This document shows, piece by piece, positions 6,406 to 13,319 of a stretch of 64,000 nucleotides of DNA. Under the pieces are notes generated by a model. The model was not told where the DNA came from, ran no database searches, and saw only the letters and a program-made list of their open reading frames with translations. The position numbers and the translations under genes are program-made. The stretch covers positions 1-64,000 of the IMG/VR virus record IMGVR_UViG_3300032319_000326; one strand, given 5' to 3'. How positions within the stretch are numbered: the stretch's first letter is position 1; each line of letters begins with the position of its first letter. The DNA is from a virus (taxonomy: Duplodnaviria; Caudoviricetes).

Positions 6406-6496
6406 GCACGATGACGGAGCTAGAGAACTGAGATGTCTGCAAAACATCGTTGTATGAAAATACATATGCAAGGAGCGTAACCTTGATCGTGCTCCA
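6406..6496 (+). tRNA. tRNA-Cys(GCA) with long variable arm
   Basis: GATGT-CTGCAAA-ACATC, U73, CCA; variable stem TGTAT-GAAA-ATACA. Confidence 0.85.
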
Positions 6497-6518
6497 TTTT
6501 TTATATATTTATTACTGT

Positions 6519-6989
6519 ATGATATTATTAAAAGATTTGTTGAATGAATCACAGACTGAGTTGACTGTATATAGAGGTGTTAATCCTACGTATGGTAATA
6601 TAGGGTTGGGTATCAACAGCACCAAGCCAGGTGACAAGTTAGTGGCTACATTGGGTGCAAATCATACAAATAATTTAGAAGTAGCTAAACGATTCGGTAA
6701 ACAAATAATAACTACTAAGTTAAAAGGGCCTGGCTTGGAGTTGCCACATTACAATGATATAATTAAGTTATATAAACAGTATGAAAGTATGTTACCGGCT
6801 GGACTTGCTGGTAAAATCAGATATAGTAATGGCCAAGAACAGTTGGATTTGATACAATTAGCTGGTAAAGAGTTACGTAAGATATTGAGTAAGAAATATG
6901 GATATATCAAAAGTCCACTCGCGGTTAGTGATGCTAATTATTTAACTCAAAAAGGATTAACAGGAGATTTGTATATACCGCTTAGATAA
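6519..6989 (+). CDS. putative head-packaged protein, possible ADP-ribosyltransferase fold
   Basis: start moved from 6450, which lies inside tRNA-Cys; MILLKDLLNE leader, TVYRG motif. Confidence 0.7.
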   Translation: MILLKDLLNESQTELTVYRGVNPTYGNIGLGINSTKPGDKLVATLGANHTNNLEVAKRFGKQIITTKLKGPGLELPHYNDIIKLYKQYESMLPAGLAGKIRYSNGQEQLDLIQLAGKELRKILSKKYGYIKSPLAVSDANYLTQKGLTGDLYIPLR

Positions 6990-7008
6990 TCATACTATTT
7001 ATTTGTGT

Positions 7009-7179
7009 ATGAACAAATCAAATCTCTATCAAAAGTTTTTGGAATTAAAAACAGAAATTGAAAAACATAAGTGGATAGAGAGTGAAAAAAGTGGTAATGA
7101 TATAGGATTTGAGACAGCGTTAGTGGATTGGATGTCTAAACATAGAAATGATTGGCGTGCAAGTATAAAACGAAAATAA
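7009..7179 (+). CDS. DUF4032-like small protein (56 aa, not in ORF track)
   Basis: hand translation ...EIEKHKWIESEKSGNDIGFETALVDWMSKHR... Confidence 0.75.
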   Translation: MNKSNLYQKFLELKTEIEKHKWIESEKSGNDIGFETALVDWMSKHRNDWRASIKRK

Positions 7180-7214
7180 ATGTAGTTAATTGATGTTTCT
7201 AATATTTATAAGAT

Positions 7215-7643
7215 ATGAATAAATCGGATTTAAAAAAATTAATCAAAGAATTAGCATTGGAAGTACTAACTGAAGATTATAAAGGTGAGCCGAATCATGA
7301 GGCAGAAGTAGAGAGTGATAAGTTAACAGCAACTCTTTCAGAAGATGATAAAGCTGCGGATATTGCTGATTTAGAGAAATTGTTAAAGAATCCAGATCCA
7401 AGTAGAGTAAAAGATTATGGTTCTATAGAAAACTATAAGAAAATGTTGATGGGTAAAATTGATCGATTAAAGAAACAAAAAAATGAAAGTGGAGATCCTT
7501 TTAGAGACATTGTGAAGAAGTATGCTAGTCTTTATAGAGACAGTGAACTCTCCCGTAGAGAAAAGGAAGATTATTTTAAATGGTTACAAACACATCAACC
7601 TGAAAAATTCAAAAAGGTTGTGGGTAAGCTTAAAAAGAAGTAA
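7215..7643 (+). CDS. hypothetical protein, putative head-packaged
   Basis: TATTTATA upstream; LKKLIKE...LTE leader. Confidence 0.8.
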   Translation: MNKSDLKKLIKELALEVLTEDYKGEPNHEAEVESDKLTATLSEDDKAADIADLEKLLKNPDPSRVKDYGSIENYKKMLMGKIDRLKKQKNESGDPFRDIVKKYASLYRDSELSRREKEDYFKWLQTHQPEKFKKVVGKLKKK

Positions 7644-7706
7644 AAATAGATATAAATTTAAACAAAGTGAAACGATTAATTTTAACATTAATCGTTTTAT
7701 TTTTTA

Positions 7707-7734
7707 TTGACAATCAACCTGTAACAAGTATAAT
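7707..7734 (+). promoter_or_regulatory. sigma70 promoter (TTGACA-N16-TATAAT)
   Basis: perfect hexamers before ORF 7746. Confidence 0.75.
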
Positions 7735-7745
7735 AAAAGTATAGT

Positions 7746-8066
7746 ATGAATGAACTAAGTAAAATTGATATGGCGAATTTAGTTTTTAGCAATGACAAGA
7801 AGGCTAAAATCAAGGATGTATTGTGTACAAAGTATGGTGCGACTGACGTGCAATATAGAGATCTATCATATGGTATCTGTATTGACGTAGTTGGAACTGA
7901 CAGTTTTAGATTTGTCAAGAATGCCATTTTAAAAACATTAGATGTTCAAGAAGAAACGTTATCTGTTTTGGGAGAGAGCAAACGAAGTATGAAAGCTTCT
8001 TATGTTTATTTGCCTGAAAAAGATAAAGTTTTGAATAAACGTCTCAAACGTGCGAAAACCATTTAA
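7746..8066 (+). CDS. hypothetical protein
   Basis: 106-aa ORF after a promoter. Confidence 0.75.
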   Translation: MNELSKIDMANLVFSNDKKAKIKDVLCTKYGATDVQYRDLSYGICIDVVGTDSFRFVKNAILKTLDVQEETLSVLGESKRSMKASYVYLPEKDKVLNKRLKRAKTI

Positions 8067-8209
8067 TTATATAAAAAAGTTATTATAAATTATAATAACT
8101 ATATATAACTGATAAATTTCGAAAGGTGCATTTTTGACTTTTCGGATAACGTTAAGCTGTTCTTAACGTAGTTAGTAAACATAAATAAAAAAATAAAGGA
8201 TAGTTAAAT

Positions 8210-8923
8210 ATGAAGAAAGTATTAGTATTATTGTCATTGTTGACAGCTCTAGCGGTAACTGCTGGAGATAACTCAAACCTCTCAGTGGAAGCTGGGTATA
8301 ACAGTCAATACATTGTAAATGGTGTAGCTCGTTCAGAAGCAACTCCATTTGTTGGTGTGGGTGCTGTAAAGAGTCTAAAGTATGCGGATGTATACTTGGG
8401 TGGTACTCTTTTGGTTAATGGTGACCAAGATCAGTCACACTGGACGTTGGGTACTGGTAAAGAAGTTGATGTATGGAAGGATGTATTTTCCGCCCGTGCT
8501 GATGCTACTGTAACCCGTCATCAAACAGGTGGTAGTTTTGGAATTCCAAATAGTACTGAATTTGGTGTGAAGTTGGCTCTACCAAACAAGTTGGCTACTC
8601 CATATGTACGTGGTGCATTTGACATTGATCTAGATCAAAAAGGTGCATTTGTTGGTATTGAACGTGCTCAAAAGTTGCCATTTGGTTTCGTAATTACGAC
8701 TGGTGTTGAATATGGTAAAGTATTTGGCACAACCAGCGATTTCACTGCTGTAAATGCTAAAGCAACATTGACTCGTCCATTTGAATTTTCATTTGGTGTG
8801 TTGACTCCATTTGCTACTGTTGGATGGTATGATAATAATTTCAAGGTTGGAAATTATAATTGGGCAACCCGTGAATTTAGTGGTGATGTAGTATATTCCG
8901 GTGGTTTGAGATTGACATTCTAA
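8210..8923 (+). CDS. outer-membrane beta-barrel (porin-like) protein
   Basis: signal peptide, alternating amphipathic strands, C-terminal GLRLTF beta-signal. Confidence 0.8.
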   Translation: MKKVLVLLSLLTALAVTAGDNSNLSVEAGYNSQYIVNGVARSEATPFVGVGAVKSLKYADVYLGGTLLVNGDQDQSHWTLGTGKEVDVWKDVFSARADATVTRHQTGGSFGIPNSTEFGVKLALPNKLATPYVRGAFDIDLDQKGAFVGIERAQKLPFGFVITTGVEYGKVFGTTSDFTAVNAKATLTRPFEFSFGVLTPFATVGWYDNNFKVGNYNWATREFSGDVVYSGGLRLTF

Positions 8924-8946
8924 TCTAGACTAAAATAGTGTATGAT

Positions 8947-8974
8947 AACCCGCTTAGAAATAAACGGGTTTTTT
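8947..8974 (+). terminator. intrinsic terminator
   Basis: AACCCG/CGGGTT plus T-run. Confidence 0.7.
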
Positions 8975-9017
8975 CATTTTTAATGATCTATTTATAATTA
9001 AAGAAAGGTTTATTTTT

Positions 9018-9209
9018 ATGTCATATAATACAGGAAGCAGTGGTTCAAATGGTTCAAATGGAAACAATCAACAATTAAAATCAAACACAAGCAGTTCAAG
9101 TGGAACTTCTAAAACAAGTGGGTCAAATGGATCACGTGGGTCTAACGGATCCAATGGTTCAAATGGAAGTAATGGAAGTGCTTGGTATAAAAAATTGTTT
9201 GGAAAATAA
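9018..9209 (+). CDS. low-complexity (GSN)n peptide
   Basis: SD-like AAGG and TATTTATA upstream; codon-diverged NGS repeats. Confidence 0.65.
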   Translation: MSYNTGSSGSNGSNGNNQQLKSNTSSSSGTSKTSGSNGSRGSNGSNGSNGSNGSAWYKKLFGK

Positions 9210-9339
9210 TAAAAATTTATTGATTAGTCATTCTGAATACTATATATTAGTAACAATATGAATTTAATTTCACAACCTAGTCAAGCCAGTCAACTCCCAT
9301 CTGGAAGTTGAAGGCGAGGTTGTTTGCTCTTAAAGAACC

Positions 9340-9374
9340 AACCCGTCACTTCAAAAAAAGAATGATGGGTTTTT
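9340..9374 (+). terminator. intrinsic terminator
   Basis: AACCCGTCA/TGATGGGTT plus T-run. Confidence 0.6.
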
Positions 9375-9386
9375 GATTTTTAGGTG

Positions 9387-9414
9387 TTGACAATTTGAGA
9401 AGGTGTGGTAAATT
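9387..9414 (+). promoter_or_regulatory. sigma70 promoter of tRNA array 2 (TTGACA-N16-TAAATT, extended TG)
   Basis: hexamers upstream of leader RNA copy 2. Confidence 0.7.
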
Positions 9415-9429
9415 AGAAATATAACGAAC

Positions 9430-9523
9430 GGGGTTGAAACTCTATCTGATGTCCCCAACATAAGTTAAAACATTTGATCGGTCACTGGGTGTTATGCTGA
9501 AATACAGAACCCATCTGGCGATA
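9430..9523 (+). ncRNA. conserved structured leader RNA, copy 2
   Basis: homologous to 3324-3453. Confidence 0.65.
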
Positions 9524-9553
9524 ATGACATAAAGTATATAACAATTTTTAAAT

Positions 9554-9629
9554 GGGTGGTTAGCTCAGTTGATAGAGCATTTGCTTTACACGCAAAATGT
9601 CATAGGTTTAAATCCTATACCACCTACCA
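9554..9629 (+). tRNA. tRNA-Val(TAC)
   Basis: TTTGC-TTTACAC-GCAAA, CCA. Confidence 0.9.
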
Positions 9630-9636
9630 TTTTAAT

Positions 9637-9714
9637 CCATCCGTCGCCTAACTTGGTATGGCACTTCATTTGGGGTGAAGAATAATAGGCGTTCAAATCG
9701 CCTCGGGTGGACCA
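9637..9714 (+). tRNA. tRNA-Pro(TGG)
   Basis: C1-G72, A73, CTTCA-TTTGGGG-TGAAG, CCA. Confidence 0.9.
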
Positions 9715-9777
9715 ACTTTTTAAACTTCAAGTATTTTTGTTCCGACTTTTAAAAATTTCAATACTATTTATTAATGT

Positions 9778-10656
9778 ATGAATAAAATTGAAAAAGAAAT
9801 AACATTAAATGTTGAAAAATTTAAACATATTGTTTGCAATAGCAATGGAATCGGAGAAATTTGTAGAAAATATAATTTTCCAGATAATGGAAAAAGTAGA
9901 AACATAGTTAAAAACTATATAATACAATATAACTTATCAGTAAAATACAATTATCCCAGAAAATACCAAATAATTGAAAAACATTGTGGTTTTTGTCAAC
10001 AAAAATTTCAAACTTTGTTAGGACATCCGAAAGAAAAAAAAACATGTTCACATAAATGTGCTAATAAGATGTTTGCAAAACCGTTGAATGAAAATCAAAA
10101 AGAAAAAATTAGTAATGGTATAGAAAAAATAAATAAACGGATAGCTGAGATAAAAATAAGAAAAATATGTAATGTATGTTCTATTGATTTTTTTTCTCAA
10201 AGTAAAAATCAAAAATATTGTTCGAATAAATGTTCTGCAAATTCAAGAAAAAATGACATAGATTATCGTAAAAAATTAAGTGAGTTAGCTAAACAACGAG
10301 TTATAAACGGAACACATAACGGTTGGAATTCAAGAAAAATAATTTCATATCCAGAACAATTTTTTATGGGGGTTCTTATGAATAACAATATTTCATATCA
10401 ACATAATAAACCCGTTGGAAAGTATTTTATAGATTTTGCTATTGTAGAAAAAAAGATAGCATTAGAGATTGATGGAAAGCAACATCAATATGAAAACAGA
10501 AAAAAATCTGATGAAATAAAAGATAAGTTTTTAACAGAAAATGGATGGAAAGTTTATAGGATTTCTTGGAAGTCAATTAACAATGAAAATGGTAAACTTT
10601 ATATTAAAAATGAAATAAATAAATTTGTTGAATTTTATAATGGGCATATGGCGTAA
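9778..10656 (+). CDS. free-standing homing endonuclease, DUF559/Vsr-like PD-(D/E)xK with Zn-binding repeats
   Basis: YFIDFA...IALEIDGKQH...DKFLTENGWKVYRISW; CxxC...CSxxC repeats. Confidence 0.85.
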   Translation: MNKIEKEITLNVEKFKHIVCNSNGIGEICRKYNFPDNGKSRNIVKNYIIQYNLSVKYNYPRKYQIIEKHCGFCQQKFQTLLGHPKEKKTCSHKCANKMFAKPLNENQKEKISNGIEKINKRIAEIKIRKICNVCSIDFFSQSKNQKYCSNKCSANSRKNDIDYRKKLSELAKQRVINGTHNGWNSRKIISYPEQFFMGVLMNNNISYQHNKPVGKYFIDFAIVEKKIALEIDGKQHQYENRKKSDEIKDKFLTENGWKVYRISWKSINNENGKLYIKNEINKFVEFYNGHMA

Positions 10657-10726
10657 TTGGCAGCCGCACGAGTCTTAGAAGCTCGGGGAGAAATCCGTGG
10701 GGGTTCAAGTCCCTCTATGCCCACCA
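10642..10726 (+). tRNA. tRNA-Leu(TAG)
   Basis: CGAGT-CTTAGAA-GCTCG, variable arm, CCA. Confidence 0.92.
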
Positions 10727-10737
10727 ATTTATTTTAT

Positions 10738-10821
10738 GGAAGTAGTCCGGCAGGTCGAGGAAACTGTCTTGAAAACAGCTGGGGCCATAAACCCTCACAG
10801 GTTCGATTCCTGTTGCTTCCG
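10738..10821 (+). tRNA. tRNA-Ser(TGA)
   Basis: CTGT-CTTGAAA-ACAG, long variable arm, G73. Confidence 0.85.
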
Positions 10822-10907
10822 CTCTTTAAATACAACTCCACTTGACATTGGAACTGAGGACTGATAATATCGTCCCATGAAGAAATCAGAGATTGTCAAA
10901 ATTTTAC

Positions 10908-10997
10908 GGTTGGGTGGCAGAGCGGTCTAATGCAGAGCTTTGCTAAAGCTCCGAGGTATAAAAGCCTCCGAAAGTTCGAATCTTTCCTCAACCGCCA
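10908..10997 (+). tRNA. tRNA-Ser(GCT)
   Basis: GAGCT-TTGCTAA-AGCTC, long variable arm, CCA. Confidence 0.92.
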
Positions 10998-11002
10998 TTT
11001 TT

Positions 11003-11076
11003 GCAGGTATGATGTAATGGTAGCCTGACGCACTTCCAATGCGTATGTGAGAATTCGATTTTCTCTACCTGCTCCA
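11003..11076 (+). tRNA. tRNA-Gly(TCC)
   Basis: ACGCA-CTTCCAA-TGCGT, U73, CCA. Confidence 0.9.
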
Positions 11077-11087
11077 TTTTTAGTAAC

Positions 11088-11162
11088 CGGGGATTGATTG
11101 TAATAGTAGCAAATCAGACTTTGAATCTGAGAGAATCGGAGCGTAACCGGTATCCCCTGCCA
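11088..11162 (+). tRNA. tRNA-Gln(TTG)
   Basis: TCAGA-CTTTGAA-TCTGA, 1-72 mismatch, G73, CCA. Confidence 0.85.
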
Positions 11163-11171
11163 TTTTATATA

Positions 11172-11271
11172 TGTCGGTTAAGGGTGTAATTTTAGAGAAA
11201 TTGTAATGAGTGATCATCAGTTACAAGAGTAAGAACTAGTGATCGAAAGATCCGTTCATCAAACACCGACA
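11172..11271 (+). ncRNA. stem-closed multi-hairpin non-tRNA RNA
   Basis: TGTCGGT/ACCGACA closing helix; TTGTAA/TTACAA and GATC-GAAA-GATC hairpins. Confidence 0.5.
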
Positions 11272-11281
11272 ACAATTTAAT

Positions 11282-11355
11282 CAGAAAGTAGATAATAATA
11301 TAGTCGCACAACTCTGGGTTGTGAGGTACGGGTGCGAATCCCGTCTTTCTGACCA
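11282..11355 (+). tRNA. tRNA with CTG (Gln) anticodon and Pro-like acceptor
   Basis: CAGAAAG/CTTTCTG, A73; CACAA-CTCTGGG-TTGTG; CCA. Confidence 0.7.
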
Positions 11356-11362
11356 TTTTAAT

Positions 11363-11399
11363 CGGAATGTAATGTCAATAGTAGACGGCCTGGTTTGGA
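11363..11399 (+). pseudogene. 5' half of tRNA-Pro(TGG)
   Basis: CGGAATG, D-arm, CCTGG-TT-TGG-A, then abrupt loss; no 3' half seen in the window. Confidence 0.65.
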
Positions 11400-11448
11400 T
11401 TTTTGATCAAAGATGAGCGTTTAGACTGTATCGATACTATATATTAGT

Positions 11449-12006
11449 ATGAATTATACAGACATCGTAAAACAATCAAAATCAAAAAGCGATTTTGCAA
11501 AAAATTTGGGATATAAATTTTACAACGGAAAAACAAGTGCTGTTATAAATGGTATTGTTAAACAATACAATCTTGATATATCGCATTTTAAATCATCTGG
11601 TGGCGGTCATAACATAAAATATTCTTTTGTTGAAGAACAATGTCCATGTTGTGGAAAAATGTTTACAACACAATCTGGGGGAAATAATAGAAAACAAACT
11701 TGTAGTCATGCTTGTTCTAACAAATTTTTTGCCGCAAAACGAGTATCGGATGATAACATAAAACATTATACAACTCTCTGTTTTAGGCATCACAAAAAAG
11801 AATGTGTAATTTGCGGTGAACCAAACATAGTGGCGGTTCATCATTTTGATGAGAATAGAGATAACAATGTGCCAGAAAATTTGATTCCGATGTGTCCTAC
11901 ACATCACCAATATTGGCATAGTAAATACAAACATTTGGTCTATGACAAAGTAATAGAATATCGTGACAAATTTATAGAAAAATTTCATTTGTCTCACCGA
12001 AAATAA
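11449..12006 (+). CDS. free-standing HNH endonuclease
   Basis: CVICG...VHHFDENRDNNVPENLIPMCPTHHQYWH. Confidence 0.9.
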   Translation: MNYTDIVKQSKSKSDFAKNLGYKFYNGKTSAVINGIVKQYNLDISHFKSSGGGHNIKYSFVEEQCPCCGKMFTTQSGGNNRKQTCSHACSNKFFAAKRVSDDNIKHYTTLCFRHHKKECVICGEPNIVAVHHFDENRDNNVPENLIPMCPTHHQYWHSKYKHLVYDKVIEYRDKFIEKFHLSHRK

Positions 12007-12030
12007 CGGTTGGAATCTTCCAAGTAAAAT

Positions 12031-12106
12031 CGGGCGTGAGGAAGATAGCTAATCCGCACCGTTTGGGACGGTGAGACACCGGGAGCGATACCCGGACGCC
12101 CGACCA
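12031..12106 (+). tRNA. tRNA-Pro(TGG)
   Basis: CGGGCGT/ACGCCCG, CACCG-TTTGGGA-CGGTG, CCA. Confidence 0.88.
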
Positions 12107-12182
12107 TTTTATATACCAGACAATGGTAGATTTTTGTTTTTTGATTTGACTTATACTATATATTGGTGTAAGATTTTTATAC

Positions 12183-12254
12183 GGGCTCTTGGTGATAATA
12201 GTAGCACATGGCTTTTGCAAAGCTGAGGCAGCGGGGCGGAACCGCTAGGGTCCA
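12183..12254 (+). tRNA. tRNA-Ala(TGC)
   Basis: G3:U70 pair, loop TT-TGC-AA, A73. Confidence 0.85.
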
Positions 12255-12426
12255 GTTGACAGAAATATCACAACCTCCACGATGGTTGTCAATGGGATGA
12301 AATTTTATAATTTCATGCAAAAAGTGATATAAAATCATATTGATATATGGTCTTGAAGAAAATGTAATTTGTGAATTAAAAAATTATATTTCTAAAAAAT
12401 CCGATATATATTAATGTTCAGATAAA

Positions 12427-12500
12427 GGTAGTATGATGTAATGGCAGCCTGCAACTTTGCCAAAGTTGGTGCGAGAGTTCGATTCTCTCTACTACCTCCA
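12427..12500 (+). tRNA. tRNA-Gly(GCC)
   Basis: CAACT-TTGCCAA-AGTTG, U73, CCA. Confidence 0.9.
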
Positions 12501-12515
12501 ATTTTATAATATGTT

Positions 12516-13316
12516 ATGTATAAGGGTAAAAAAGTTATATTGACTACAACTGCTTGTAAAAGAATTAATTTACTAAAAGCGGCGATTAAAAGTTTTGGTA
12601 TTTTTTGTACAGATAAACATGTGATCGATGAAATTCATTATTATGATGATTCTTCAACACCTGAAGAACGTAATATAGCAATGGATTATTACAAACAGTA
12701 TATACCAAACAAATTAATTAGTTTTAGATTTTTTGAAAAAGAATCTTTTCCGGATAATTATAGACACGCGAGAATATTGAATTATTGGAGACAGGGAATT
12801 ATTTCTTCTGAAGCTGAATATGTTTTTCATTTAGAAGACGATCATCAATTTTATAATATGTTTACAATAGGAGAGCCTATTGATATTATGGAAGAAAATC
12901 AGGAATATGGATATATAGGTTACAATCAAAGTTGGAAAAATTTTCCGAGTGATGTGTATCCTAAAAAAATAATAGGAAAGTTTTGGGAGACTGTTTATTT
13001 TGATAATAGACCTATTAATGATCTTTTATTTTTAGATGATGTTATGGCAATGCATACTGGTTTAGATTTGTGGATGTATTATATTAATTGGCCATATTTT
13101 TCATTGAGGCCAGGAGCACATAACGTTAAAAAGTTATTGTCTGTTGGTGAATTTTCTACAACATATGATCGTGAAAAAACAAGCGTTGAGTTGGAATTTG
13201 CAATTAGATGGAAAGATAAAGGATATAAGAGTATGATGTCTAAAGCTTTTACATCATTACATACGGGACACAATCCAGATTTAAGTGCTTATAAAATAAA
13301 CAATTCTGCTAGATAA
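12516..13316 (+). CDS. GT-A fold glycosyltransferase (GT2-like)
   Basis: TTACKR, DDSS, YVFHLEDD and HTG motifs. Confidence 0.75.
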   Translation: MYKGKKVILTTTACKRINLLKAAIKSFGIFCTDKHVIDEIHYYDDSSTPEERNIAMDYYKQYIPNKLISFRFFEKESFPDNYRHARILNYWRQGIISSEAEYVFHLEDDHQFYNMFTIGEPIDIMEENQEYGYIGYNQSWKNFPSDVYPKKIIGKFWETVYFDNRPINDLLFLDDVMAMHTGLDLWMYYINWPYFSLRPGAHNVKKLLSVGEFSTTYDREKTSVELEFAIRWKDKGYKSMMSKAFTSLHTGHNPDLSAYKINNSAR

Positions 13317-13319
13317 ATT

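Noticed and set aside
10842-10898. TTGACA...TGTCAA stem-closed unit between Ser tRNAs
   Set aside because: Equally explained as an internal promoter (TTGACA-N17-TAATAT), so it is not counted as an RNA.
3873-12220. Track ORFs 3873-4061, 5390-5650, 10657-10845 and 11972-12220
   Set aside because: They overlap tRNA genes and are chance open frames.
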